This document shows positions 9,227 through 18,941 of a stretch of 64,000 nucleotides of DNA, piece after piece (the first letter of the stretch is position 1; the number at the start of each line of letters is the position of its first letter). The position numbers were made by a program, and so were the translations under genes. Source of the stretch: Candidatus Magasanikiibacteriota bacterium (GTDB taxonomy: Bacteria; Patescibacteriota; Patescibacteriia; Magasanikbacterales; GWA2-37-8); NCBI GenBank assembly GCA_030650025.1, contig JAUSEN010000015.1, positions 13,728 to 77,727 on the forward strand, in the 5' to 3' direction. Under the pieces are notes generated by a model, which was not told the DNA's origin, made no database searches, and saw only the letters and a list, made by a program, of their open reading frames with translations.

Positions 9227-9283
9227 GCTACAATGTTTAGGCCAACCAAACTGCCTTTAAATCAGGTAGCTCGGTTTATTTAT

Positions 9284-9354
9284 TCCGGGGTCGTCTAACG
9301 GTAGGACAGCAGCCTTTGAAGCTGTTTATCTTGGTTCGATTCCAAGCCCCGGAA
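9284..9354 (+). tRNA. tRNA-Gln(UUG), U1-A72, CCA not encoded
   Basis: TCCGGGG/CCCCGGA acceptor, GCAGC-CTTTGAA-GCTGT anticodon arm, GGTTCGATT T-loop. Confidence 0.95.
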
Positions 9355-9355
9355 C

Positions 9356-10297
9356 ATGAAAAAAACAAATAATTTTAAAATTAAAAAAGACAGTCCTTCA
9401 TACCAGTTAAAATCCGGCTCACCTCGCCTTTGGCTTATCAAGGCGGGCCTCGCCCAAATGCTGAAGGGCGGGGTTATTATGGATGTGGTGAATGTTGAAC
9501 AGGCTAAGATCGCCGAAGCGGCGGGCGCCTGCGCTGTCATGGCCCTGGAAAGAGTGCCAGCGGATATTCGCGCCGCCGGCGGCGTGGCCCGCATGGCCGA
9601 CCCTGGCTTGATTATCGCAATTATGAAGGCAGTTTCTATCCCCGTGATGGCTAAATGCCGGATCGGTCATTTTGTGGAAGCCCAAATTTTAGAAGCCATA
9701 GAAGTGGACTATATCGACGAGTCCGAGGTTTTAACTCCGGCTGACGAAGAAGCGCATATTAATAAAACTAATTTTCAAGTTCCCTTTGTCTGTGGCTGTC
9801 GTAATTTGGGCGAGGCTCTGCGTCGCATCAACGAAGGCGCGGCCATGATTCGCACTAAAGGAGAGGCTGGCACGGGGAACGTGGTGGAAGCAGTGCGGCA
9901 TCAAAAAGCCCTCACGCGCGAAATCAAAAATTTGCAAAAGTTGCCTCTCTTAGCCTGCCAAAAAGTAGCTAAAGCCATGCGCGTTCCGCTTGCTCTAGTA
10001 TTAACCGTAAAAAAATTTGGCCGGCTTCCCGTAGTTAATTTTGCGGCTGGCGGTATTGCCACGCCCGCTGATGCCGCCCTCATGATGCAACTCGGGAGCG
10101 ATGGTGTGTTTGTGGGGTCAGGTATTTTTAAATCCAAGAATCCTGCCAAAACAGCGCGGGCCATTGTCGCGGCGGTCACGCATTATGATAATGCTAAAAT
10201 GCTGTCCAAAGTTTCAGCCAACTTAGGCGAGCCCATGGTAGGGCAAGACGTCCGCGCCATCTCTGAACCAGAAAAGTTGTCAGCTCGCGGTATATAA
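9356..10297 (+). CDS. pdxS: pyridoxal 5'-phosphate synthase lyase subunit
   Basis: [48 protein letters not shown]. Confidence 0.97.
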   Translation: MKKTNNFKIKKDSPSYQLKSGSPRLWLIKAGLAQMLKGGVIMDVVNVEQAKIAEAAGACAVMALERVPADIRAAGGVARMADPGLIIAIMKAVSIPVMAKCRIGHFVEAQILEAIEVDYIDESEVLTPADEEAHINKTNFQVPFVCGCRNLGEALRRINEGAAMIRTKGEAGTGNVVEAVRHQKALTREIKNLQKLPLLACQKVAKAMRVPLALVLTVKKFGRLPVVNFAAGGIATPADAALMMQLGSDGVFVGSGIFKSKNPAKTARAIVAAVTHYDNAKMLSKVSANLGEPMVGQDVRAISEPEKLSARGI

Positions 10298-10315
10298 CAA
10301 GAATCACGGAATTTG

Positions 10316-10921
10316 ATGTTTATGAGTGGAATAAAAAATATTACTATCGGCATACTCGCTCTCCAAGGCGATTTTTTTGAACATGCCCAAGTGCTTCGCA
10401 ATTTAGGCGTTAAAAATAAATATATTAAAACCGCCGATGATTTAAAAAATATTAATGGCCTCATTATCCCGGGAGGGGAGAGCACTGTAATGGCGCGGCT
10501 CTTAAAATTAACTGGTTTAGATAAAAAAATTGTTTTTTTAGCTAAGCGCGGCCTGCCCATTTGGGGCACTTGCGCTGGCTTGATTCTTCTCTCTAACCGC
10601 GTCCGGGGAGGTAATTTTAGACCTTTGCGTCTTCTCCCCATCTCTGTGAATCGCAACTCATATGGCCGGCAAATCAACAGCTTCAGCGAACCCTTGGTAG
10701 TCCCGGTGCTTGGCCAAAAATCAATGTACGCAGTTTATATTCGCGCTCCGCAAATTACTAATACCAACAAGAATGTAATTGTTTTAGCCAGGCGCTTAAA
10801 TAAACAAGCGGTGGCTGTTCAGTACCAAAATATTCTGGGCACGGCCTTTCATCCCGAATTAACCGCGGACAGCCGTTTCCATGGTTATTTCCTAGCTCTT
10901 GTTAGGAAAAACGCGTCCTAA
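10316..10921 (+). CDS. pdxT: pyridoxal 5'-phosphate synthase glutaminase subunit
   Basis: LALQGDF, PGGEST, GTCAG, FHPE motifs; start 10313/10316/10322 uncertain. Confidence 0.95.
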   Translation: MFMSGIKNITIGILALQGDFFEHAQVLRNLGVKNKYIKTADDLKNINGLIIPGGESTVMARLLKLTGLDKKIVFLAKRGLPIWGTCAGLILLSNRVRGGNFRPLRLLPISVNRNSYGRQINSFSEPLVVPVLGQKSMYAVYIRAPQITNTNKNVIVLARRLNKQAVAVQYQNILGTAFHPELTADSRFHGYFLALVRKNAS

Positions 10922-10971
10922 GCCCGTTTAACTGGTTTTTTGTGCCTATTTTTGGTATCATATAGGCTGGA

Positions 10972-12396
10972 ATGACATACAGTATTACTCAAAACACCGT
11001 CTATTTAACTGTCGCTTCGGTATTACAAAAAGCGATTTCTTTTGTTTATTTTACCATTGTTGCTCGCATCATTGGAGTAGAAAATACCGGCCAATATTTT
11101 TTCGCCTTGGCTTTTGCCAGCGTTTTTGCCGTGGTCGCGGATTTTGGCATGGGGCCAATTTTAACGCGCGAAATGGCTCGCACTCCCGAGCGTTCCGAGC
11201 GCTATGTAAATAATTTGCTCTTATCCAAATTGCTTTTTGGCGCTGTCGCTTTTATTTTTATTATTGGTTTCGCCAATCTCCTTAACTATGGCAGCGCTCT
11301 CAAGCTTTTGATTTATATGGCCGGGGTGACTATGTTTTTCGATAATTTGCAAACCGTTTTTTATAGCACCTTTCGCGCTCATAAAAATTTAAAGGTGGAA
11401 GCGGTGGGTTTGGTAGTTTCTCAATTTTTGACGCTCTGTTTTGGCACCGTGGCGCTTCTAAGCCGCGCGCCGCTCGTTTATTTGATAGCCTCTTACACTG
11501 CCGCGAGTTTAATAATGGTCTGTTACGGCGCCTATATGGTTAAGACCAGGCTCCACCTCAAGCTTAATTTTGAATTTGACTGGTCCATTCTGCGCTTTTT
11601 TTTAAAATACTCTTGGGCTTTCGCGGCCGCGGCCATTCTTAGCCGTTTGTATGCCTACACTGATTCCATTTTTATTTCTAAGATTTTACCGCCCGCGCAT
11701 TTAGGTTGGTGGAGTGTTCCCTACAAAATTGCTTTTGCCTGGCAATTTATCCCCGTGGCCGTTGCCACCAGCCTTTATCCGGTATTCAGCCGCCACTTTA
11801 AAGATGTTGAGAAGATTAGAGAGACCTTTATCAAAGCTTGGCGTTATCTATTTATGGTGGTTTTCCCTCTCGCCCTAGGTATTATTGCCGTGGCGCGGCC
11901 TTTGGTTCTGAAGCTTTATGGCGCCGAATTTGAGCCATCTATTATTGTCCTGCAAGTCTTGATGTTAAGTCTTATTTTTGGCTTCTTGTCTTTTATATCT
12001 GGAGCCGTCTTGAACGCTTCCAACCGCCAAAACACGCAAACAGTTCTCATGGGTGTGGCCTTGATTGTCAATGTTATTTTAAATCTTCTCCTTTTACCTA
12101 GGTATGGATTAGTTGGCGCGGCTTGGGCCGCTTTGGCCACCAATATCATTCTTACGGTGGCAGGATTTATGATGTGCGATCGTTTCTTAAAATTTTCTTA
12201 CTTGGCGATATTTAAATTAGCCCTGCGTTACTTAATACCCGCGGTTATTATGAGTGTGTCTACCGCTAAACTTATCCCGGTTGTTACTATATTCCCCGCT
12301 ATTTTAATCTCCATATTGTTATATGGCCTTCTTATTTTGATAACGAGAGGCGTTCTTTTCAGCGAACTTAAAGAATTATATCAGCGTTTTACATAA
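10972..12396 (+). CDS. Wzx-type polysaccharide flippase
   Basis: 12-14 TM MOP-family pattern, adjacent glycosyltransferases. Confidence 0.85.
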   Translation: MTYSITQNTVYLTVASVLQKAISFVYFTIVARIIGVENTGQYFFALAFASVFAVVADFGMGPILTREMARTPERSERYVNNLLLSKLLFGAVAFIFIIGFANLLNYGSALKLLIYMAGVTMFFDNLQTVFYSTFRAHKNLKVEAVGLVVSQFLTLCFGTVALLSRAPLVYLIASYTAASLIMVCYGAYMVKTRLHLKLNFEFDWSILRFFLKYSWAFAAAAILSRLYAYTDSIFISKILPPAHLGWWSVPYKIAFAWQFIPVAVATSLYPVFSRHFKDVEKIRETFIKAWRYLFMVVFPLALGIIAVARPLVLKLYGAEFEPSIIVLQVLMLSLIFGFLSFISGAVLNASNRQNTQTVLMGVALIVNVILNLLLLPRYGLVGAAWAALATNIILTVAGFMMCDRFLKFSYLAIFKLALRYLIPAVIMSVSTAKLIPVVTIFPAILISILLYGLLILITRGVLFSELKELYQRFT

Positions 12397-12398
12397 AT

Positions 12399-13520
12399 AT
12401 GCCCAAAAGACTCCTCATTACACTGGAATATTTCCCGCAAATTGGAGGTATTGCTTCATATGTGCATAATTTTGCGAAGCATTTAAATAAAGAAGAAACA
12501 GTTCTGTACGCGCCCGCCTCTTCCGGAAGCGCTAAATTTGACGAGGCCTCTGGCCTGACAGTATATCGTCGTAGCCCGTTTTTTTTACTGTGGTGGCCGC
12601 GCTGGTTAAAACTGCTTTTCCAAGTTTGGTGGATTATCGCTAAAGAAACCATTACCGAGATTCATGTTCACCAAGCCTTGCCCGTTGGCTATATTGCTTT
12701 GTTTTTTAAAAAATTTAAAAACATTCCCTATGTTTTATTTTTACATGGGTCGGATTTAGAATATGGCCTGCGTCCGGCCAAGCGTTTTAAATTTAAACAC
12801 ATTTGCACAGAGGCCAATCGCCTCGTTGTTAATAGCGAATTTTTGCGCCACAAGTTAGAGAGTAAGATTGATAACCTGCCTACCATTCAGGTAATTTACC
12901 CCGGGCCGAGTGACGTTTTTTTTAAACCAGTGGAGCCAGTCAAGATTCAAACCTTAAAAAGTCGGCTGGGTCTGTCGGGCAAAAAAATTTTGCTGACTGT
13001 TTCTCGGCTGGTGGATGGCAAAGGTTTGCCGCAAATGCTAACCTGCCTTGCGAAGCTGGTCGCTCTTGATTCGCAAGTGGTTTGGGTGCTAGTCGGAACT
13101 GGCCCCAAAATGAGTATCTTGTCCGCCGCTGTGCAAAAATTAAACCTTCAGAATTCAGTGCGTTTTATTGGCGATGTCGCCAATTCCGAATTGCCTAATT
13201 TTTACCACCTGGCTGATATTTTTAGTTTGCTCACTCACCCCGATCTCGAAGCCGAGGAGGGTTGGGGCACAGTTTTTTTGGAAGCCAGCGCTAGTGGCCT
13301 TCCCATTGTGGCGGGGCGCGTTGGGGGCGTCGATGAATCAGTTATAAATGGTTTGACCGGGTTTGTAGTCGAAGCCAATAATACCACAGAAGTTTTTAAC
13401 GCTTTTACAGAGTTATTGTCCAATTTAGAGTTGCGCCATCAAATGGGAGAGGCTGGTAAACAGCGGGTTTATAACGAATTTCGTTGGGAAATACAAATTA
13501 ATAAATTTTTAGCTACCTAA
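12399..13520 (+). CDS. GT4 family glycosyltransferase
   Basis: FPQIGGIA, SRLVDGKG, EGWGTVFLEASASGLP (EX7E). Confidence 0.9.
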   Translation: MPKRLLITLEYFPQIGGIASYVHNFAKHLNKEETVLYAPASSGSAKFDEASGLTVYRRSPFFLLWWPRWLKLLFQVWWIIAKETITEIHVHQALPVGYIALFFKKFKNIPYVLFLHGSDLEYGLRPAKRFKFKHICTEANRLVVNSEFLRHKLESKIDNLPTIQVIYPGPSDVFFKPVEPVKIQTLKSRLGLSGKKILLTVSRLVDGKGLPQMLTCLAKLVALDSQVVWVLVGTGPKMSILSAAVQKLNLQNSVRFIGDVANSELPNFYHLADIFSLLTHPDLEAEEGWGTVFLEASASGLPIVAGRVGGVDESVINGLTGFVVEANNTTEVFNAFTELLSNLELRHQMGEAGKQRVYNEFRWEIQINKFLAT

Positions 13521-13522
13521 TT

Positions 13523-14266
13523 TTGACTGTCTCAACCAAAATGCTGCCTTTAATTTCTGTCATAATTCCAGTTTATAATCACGCTAAGGCTTTGCGAAAG
13601 TCTCTGGTTTCTTTAGGCGCGCAAACTTATGATAATTTAGAAATAATTATTATTAACGATGGCAGTAATGACAATATTGATGAGGTAGTGACTAATTTTC
13701 AAAGAGATCATATTGTTAAATATATTGTTCAGCCTAATCAAGGCGCCAGCGCGGCTCGCAACAAAGGCTTTAGTTTGGCCAGAGGCGAATATATTATTTT
13801 TTGGGACGCGGATACTATTGCCCCTAAAATTTTTTTAGAAACATTACTTCATGCGCTGGCCACTTGGCCCAACGCCAGTTATGCCTACTGCTCTTATCGC
13901 TTTGGCCTAAAATTAATGTGTAGTCGCGAGTTTTCCAGTGAGGACTTGCGCCACACCAATTATATTGACACCACCTCTTTAATTCGTCGGTCGGCTTTAG
14001 TGGATTTGAGTGGGCCCTTTGATATCACCCTTAAGAGATTCCAAGATTGGGACTTATGGCTTACATTGCTTGCTAAAAATCGGATCGGAGTTTTTGTGCC
14101 ATCTCTAATTTTTAAAAAAATAACTCATGGCCGCTTGGGCATGAGCCAGTGGTGGCCGCGGATTTTTTTTAATTTGCCCTGGCAAATTCCCGCTGTCAAG
14201 AATTATCTTCTGGCTAAACGCGCGGTTGAGTTAAAACATGATCTTTTGAATAAAGCCAGGCGCTAA
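13523..14266 (+). CDS. GT2 family glycosyltransferase
   Basis: SVIIPVYN, NDGS, ARNKG, DAD, QDWDLW; ATG 13541 is an alternative start. Confidence 0.9.
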   Translation: MTVSTKMLPLISVIIPVYNHAKALRKSLVSLGAQTYDNLEIIIINDGSNDNIDEVVTNFQRDHIVKYIVQPNQGASAARNKGFSLARGEYIIFWDADTIAPKIFLETLLHALATWPNASYAYCSYRFGLKLMCSREFSSEDLRHTNYIDTTSLIRRSALVDLSGPFDITLKRFQDWDLWLTLLAKNRIGVFVPSLIFKKITHGRLGMSQWWPRIFFNLPWQIPAVKNYLLAKRAVELKHDLLNKARR

Positions 14267-15626
14267 GACTAGTGAGAAGTACTATTCCTAAAACATGAAA
14301 TAAAGCCGGGGATGTTAAATTGACAACTAATAAAGCCGAGAGGATCGCCCACCACAATTTAAGTTCGTCTAACGCTCTTATTTTTTGTAATAATACCAGT
14401 AAATAAAATCCCCACGCGGCTAAGCCGAGTAGCCCCAGTTCGGCCCAAATTTCTAAGTATCCCCAATCAAAATGCGGAGTAGTAATATCTTCTTTAAAAA
14501 TTGGGCTGTACACTGTTACGGTATCGCCGAGGCCAGTGCCGATGAGGGGGTGAATCTTAATTTTATTCAAAATTTTCGGCAAGAGCAGTACGCGGCTCAA
14601 GGCGCTGTCCTCAATTTGTGGAGTGACTACGCTTTGGAGGCGGAGCCCAAACAGCTCGAAGCCGAGCGATCGCCCACGGCTGGCGCCGAGATGCAAAGTG
14701 GTAAAAATTAGCACCAATAACATAATCGTACCAATACTCCCGAACAGCCAGCGTTTAATAAATTGCCGGCTAAATAAAAATATTAACCCGACGCCGAGCG
14801 CTAAAATATAAATGCGCGTTAAATTGGTAGCTAGCACTATGAGGAGCGCGGGCACGGCCAGTTTATAGCGCGTGTCTTTGGATTTTTTTATCAAATTATT
14901 AACGTAATATAAAATTAGCGGCACGAGCAGTAAATGCTCGTTTAAAACTAAGCGGAAATAATTAAACGGCAAGGTGGTGATCTTGCCCAAAGCGACATCA
15001 CGCCACCAGTGGTAGTAGACATCTTGCAAGATAAACAAATTTGCCGAATATAACGCGAATGTCGCTAGCACAAAAAGCGCGTTTGCTAGCGCGGCGGCAA
15101 AACAGGCGTCTAAAACAAATAATTTAAATTTTTCATCGCGCCACCATTCTTGGAGCGGGAAAAAATACAGCAAAAATAAATAAGGGAGGAAGTCTGAAGC
15201 CACTAGGCCCGCGGCGTGCCAATTAAAATAGCCCCTGATAGCTCCAAACAGCCCTGCCAAGAGTAGCCCGCAGAGCGCCAGGCTAACAGGCCAAGCTTGG
15301 AAAAAAGTCTTTTTGAGGTTGGCTGGCAATAGTTTTTTCCCCAAGAAAATGCTAACAGTCAATATCAAAAACCAAGTGCGCAGCGACAGTCCGGCTAAAG
15401 CTAAAAACCCCCCGGCTCCTCCTAGAATAAATTCTCCGGCAATCAAGACAATCGCCGCTTTCTCATTATAACATAACCAGTATACTGCCAAGATTATTAT
15501 TAATAATGTTACCAAGCCATTAACTGGACTCGCTGGCCACAGAGGCGTTTCAGGATTAAAGCTAAAGGAAAACAAACGTAACGCGAAATAAGACAAAAAT
15601 AAATAACCAAATCTTTTGTTAAACAT
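14214..15626 (-). CDS. O-antigen ligase/Wzy_C-like membrane protein
   Basis: Multi-TM with SR...HPLIGTGLG...H..YLEIWAELG periplasmic loop motif. Confidence 0.75.
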   Translation of the reverse strand: MFNKRFGYLFLSYFALRLFSFSFNPETPLWPASPVNGLVTLLIIILAVYWLCYNEKAAIVLIAGEFILGGAGGFLALAGLSLRTWFLILTVSIFLGKKLLPANLKKTFFQAWPVSLALCGLLLAGLFGAIRGYFNWHAAGLVASDFLPYLFLLYFFPLQEWWRDEKFKLFVLDACFAAALANALFVLATFALYSANLFILQDVYYHWWRDVALGKITTLPFNYFRLVLNEHLLLVPLILYYVNNLIKKSKDTRYKLAVPALLIVLATNLTRIYILALGVGLIFLFSRQFIKRWLFGSIGTIMLLVLIFTTLHLGASRGRSLGFELFGLRLQSVVTPQIEDSALSRVLLLPKILNKIKIHPLIGTGLGDTVTVYSPIFKEDITTPHFDWGYLEIWAELGLLGLAAWGFYLLVLLQKIRALDELKLWWAILSALLVVNLTSPALFHVLGIVLLTSLSAWLYSKDHVLTQPRV

Positions 15627-15628
15627 AT

Positions 15629-16564
15629 TTATTTAAGTATCGCGCCTGCTAGTTCTCGGTGCCCGGCTAAAAATTGTTCTGTTTTGAGAGGTTTTCCACC
15701 TTCAAGCTGTAGCTCGTGAACAGCGATACTTCCGGAAGCTGTGCCGATCTTTAGCAAATTGTTAATCAGATTTACTTGGGCAGGCTTAAGGACCAGCGTA
15801 GAAGTTTCGTTTTCGTCATAAGAAATTTTTAAAAACTTTAAACGTTTCTGGCCCCAGAAAGTAAATATGCCCGGCCATTTGTGATAGGCGCGATACTGGT
15901 TATAAATCTCTCGGGCCGGTTTTTGCCAATTAACGCGGCCCTGGTCTTTGGCAATTCGCTGGCAAAAAATTGCCACTGTCTCATTTTGCGCGGCCGGAAC
16001 AATTTTGCCATTATAAAAATCCCGGGCTGTAGGTATAAGTAATTTTGCGCCCGCTTCCGTAGCCCGCGCCTCCACCGTTTCGTAGAGCTCATCTTTTTGG
16101 AGCTCTAGCGTAGTTTGCGCTAAAATTGGCCCATGGTCCATTTTGGTATCCATGAGCATTATGCTTATGCCAATAGTTTCGTCGCCTCGTAAAATTGCCT
16201 CATGTAGCGGAGTCGCGCCGCGGTAGCGCGGCAAGGCCGACGGATGCAGATTAATTGCCCCTAATTTAGCTAAAGATAGCGTTGATTCAGGCATTATTAG
16301 CCCATACTGATAAACAATAAAAATATCCGGTCGGGGAATTTCGAGCGGCGGATTATAATCTAGCAAACTCTCTGGCTGTAGTACGCGGATTCCACGTTTT
16401 TCCGCCGCTACCTTAACCGCGCCAGCCTCTTTAATATGGCCTCGGCCGGTGGCTTTGTCCGGCTGTGCCACGACCGCTAAAATTTTAAAATCACCCGCCT
16501 CAAAAATTTGCGTTAAAATTTGCGCCGCGGGCTCGGGCGTGCCAAAAAACCAAACATTAATCAT
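15629..16564 (-). CDS. fmt: methionyl-tRNA formyltransferase
   Basis: FFGTP, QPD, NLHPSALPRYRGATP, MDHGP. Confidence 0.93.
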   Translation of the reverse strand: MINVWFFGTPEPAAQILTQIFEAGDFKILAVVAQPDKATGRGHIKEAGAVKVAAEKRGIRVLQPESLLDYNPPLEIPRPDIFIVYQYGLIMPESTLSLAKLGAINLHPSALPRYRGATPLHEAILRGDETIGISIMLMDTKMDHGPILAQTTLELQKDELYETVEARATEAGAKLLIPTARDFYNGKIVPAAQNETVAIFCQRIAKDQGRVNWQKPAREIYNQYRAYHKWPGIFTFWGQKRLKFLKISYDENETSTLVLKPAQVNLINNLLKIGTASGSIAVHELQLEGGKPLKTEQFLAGHRELAGAILK

Positions 16565-17075
16565 ACCGCTTATATTGGGAGTCAGGTTTTTTGGTTACGG
16601 CTTTATGTAAATCCTTGGCATTTTCTATGTATAAATGGCCTTGCAAGTGGTCGCATTCATGCTGGATAATCCGAGCAAAAAAATCTTCAGCCACAAAATT
16701 AATTTTTTCTCCTTTCGAACTTAGCGCCTTGACCCGAATTTTAGTGTAACGCTTAATTTTTCCATACATTCGAGGAACCGACAAGCACCCCTCCTCGTCC
16801 CACTCTTGATGGCGGTCAATCTTTTCCCAAGTAGGGTTTATTAAACATAAATCCTCCCGTGGATTCAGGGCATTGTAAGTTTTGATAATCGTACAAATTT
16901 GCTGGCCGACTCCTACTTGCACGGCCGCGAGCCCGACGCCGTCTTTGACATACATCGTTTCCACCATGTCTTTGATAAATTTTTGGATAGCTCTGGTTTT
17001 TACCTGATCTCCCGGTATCGGGAGAGCTCTGGCATGAAGAATGGGGTTGGGGTCAAATACTATGTCGTATATCAT
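16557..17075 (-). CDS. def: peptide deformylase
   Basis: GVGLAAVQ, EGCLS, QHECDH. Confidence 0.95.
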   Translation of the reverse strand: MIYDIVFDPNPILHARALPIPGDQVKTRAIQKFIKDMVETMYVKDGVGLAAVQVGVGQQICTIIKTYNALNPREDLCLINPTWEKIDRHQEWDEEGCLSVPRMYGKIKRYTKIRVKALSSKGEKINFVAEDFFARIIQHECDHLQGHLYIENAKDLHKAVTKKPDSQYKRYD

Positions 17076-17081
17076 AGTGGC

Positions 17082-18932
17082 TTAAAAAAATAAATTGTTA
17101 GGGTTAATATCAACTTTCCAGGGTTCGGGAAGAGTCTTTATAAGAATGGTAGCCATCTGCCAATCACTCGGCGGCTGAATTTTTATTATAAAAATAGCGC
17201 GCTGATTCGCTGTCGTGTTGTCTATTGTAATCCTAGAAGCGTCCATCGTCAATTCCCGCAGTTTAGCTTCCAGTTGCTCCGCGGCCGCGGCCGCGCTTAG
17301 AGGGTTTTTAAAATCAGCAAAAAACTTTAGTAAAATAGCAAAAGGCGGCCAGCGAAATTGCTCTCGCTCCGCTAGTTCAGCCTCATAAAATTTTTTAGGG
17401 TTGCCAAAAAATTTAAAAAAATTATGATCCGCGTAGCGCGTTTGGAGTAGAGGCGACAAAGCCAGGCGCAGGCCAGCCTCTCTTAAAGTATGCCAGAGCT
17501 CCATGGCTGCCTGCCAGCCTCCCCCGATGAGCGCTAAATCAGCGTCAAAAAATGCCAGGGCGCCAATTTTCTCCCCCGCGATTTTATTAAGGACAAAAGA
17601 TGTCCCCACCACGATACTGCCAGGCAAACCGGCTTCTAAATTATCCGGAAGCTTTTTAAACTTATCAACCACGAACACCGGGCGTTCAGGAAATCGGCGG
17701 CGGATTTCTCGAGCCACAAAATCTACCCCGAGGCCGGAATAAACCACCGTCAGCCCGCCACAGCGGCGGCAGCTGTTCCCCTGGGCGGGGATTTGGTTGC
17801 ATTTTGGGCAGAATAATTCTTTGCTAGCTGATTGCATTGCCAAATTGGCGCCGCATTTTAAACAGTCATAAGGCAAGGCGCAGTCTTGGCAAAAAATTAA
17901 ATGCGCTTCGCCGCGGCGGGCCACGATAAGTAAATTGAATTTTGTTTTATTATTACTAAATTGAGAAATCAAGCGTTCGGAAAAAATTGTCCGATTCCCG
18001 CCTTTTTTTTCATCACGCATATTCACAATTTCCGGCAAAATAACCGGCAGTTGGTCAAGAGCAGGGGGCGCGGAGCTTTGGATTTCATAATACAATTCCG
18101 CCGATGGGCTATGAGCGTAGTAGATAATTTTTGCCTGATGAGCGGTGGCTAAAAGCCGCGCCGCTTCGCGCGTAGTGTAGCGCGGCGCCATGTCAAAGCT
18201 TTTATAACTGGGGTTACCCTCATCCACCATATGAATTTGGGTAAGATCCTGGAAGGGTAAACTAAGCGCGCGCCGCGTGCCGCCTATTACCAAGTTTTTC
18301 CCGAGGAAAAGATCAAACCAAATATCTTTGTAATCACGAGTGCTGGTTTCTCCTGAAACGAACCGCGTGCGGTGCTTAATTTTTTTAGGCAACAATTTTT
18401 TAATCGCCAATAAATCCTGGGTTTCGGGTAATAAGATCAAGGTTTGACCGCGGCTCTCGAGGTGGTTAAAAATGTCGGTCAATACAACGCCCTCGTCTTT
18501 AAAGCTGGCAAAGTTAAGCCGAGTTTTAGCGCTAGCGGGTATAGCGAGCGGCAGTTGTTGGCTACGCGCCCGAGCGTTAGTGGCCGCTAATTTTTTTAAA
18601 AAACTTTTTGTTAAATTGGGCAAGGCAGATTTAATCAGCCAGCCGAGGGGCGCGCGGTAGCGTTCGGCAATTTGTTTAAACCAAAAAATTTGCGCACAGT
18701 TAATGAGAGCTGTTTCAGTAAGGACGCTTTCTATACTTTTAATTTTTTTACTCTCATCTAGGACGGATTTTTTTGCCAACGCTAAAATTATGGCTGGCTC
18801 CGTTTTTTCGCGGAAGGGGACGGCGACCATTTGGCCAACACACAGTTTGGTTTGGAGACTGTTTGGCGCTAGGTAGTCTAACCTGGCAATACTAAAAGGC
18901 AGCCGCCTTAATAAAGCTACCTCTACAATCAT
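17082..18932 (-). CDS. priA: primosomal protein N' with degenerate helicase motifs
   Basis: N-terminal 3'BD (LDY...VPF), four CxxC pairs, WPPF C-terminus, next to def-fmt; no Walker A. Confidence 0.8.
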   Translation of the reverse strand: MIVEVALLRRLPFSIARLDYLAPNSLQTKLCVGQMVAVPFREKTEPAIILALAKKSVLDESKKIKSIESVLTETALINCAQIFWFKQIAERYRAPLGWLIKSALPNLTKSFLKKLAATNARARSQQLPLAIPASAKTRLNFASFKDEGVVLTDIFNHLESRGQTLILLPETQDLLAIKKLLPKKIKHRTRFVSGETSTRDYKDIWFDLFLGKNLVIGGTRRALSLPFQDLTQIHMVDEGNPSYKSFDMAPRYTTREAARLLATAHQAKIIYYAHSPSAELYYEIQSSAPPALDQLPVILPEIVNMRDEKKGGNRTIFSERLISQFSNNKTKFNLLIVARRGEAHLIFCQDCALPYDCLKCGANLAMQSASKELFCPKCNQIPAQGNSCRRCGGLTVVYSGLGVDFVAREIRRRFPERPVFVVDKFKKLPDNLEAGLPGSIVVGTSFVLNKIAGEKIGALAFFDADLALIGGGWQAAMELWHTLREAGLRLALSPLLQTRYADHNFFKFFGNPKKFYEAELAEREQFRWPPFAILLKFFADFKNPLSAAAAAEQLEAKLRELTMDASRITIDNTTANQRAIFIIKIQPPSDWQMATILIKTLPEPWKVDINPNNLFF

Positions 18933-18941
18933 AATCTTAAT

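Noticed and set aside
5383-10921. Classical genomic islands integrated at tRNA-Gly or tRNA-Gln
   Set aside because: No integrase and no duplicated tRNA 3' end (attR) found downstream of ribD or pdxT
17217-17252. Degenerate 7-nt periodicity (TIDN-type peptides) in priA and in atpG near 55066..55080
   Set aside because: Only two or three poor units each; not distinguishable from chance by eye
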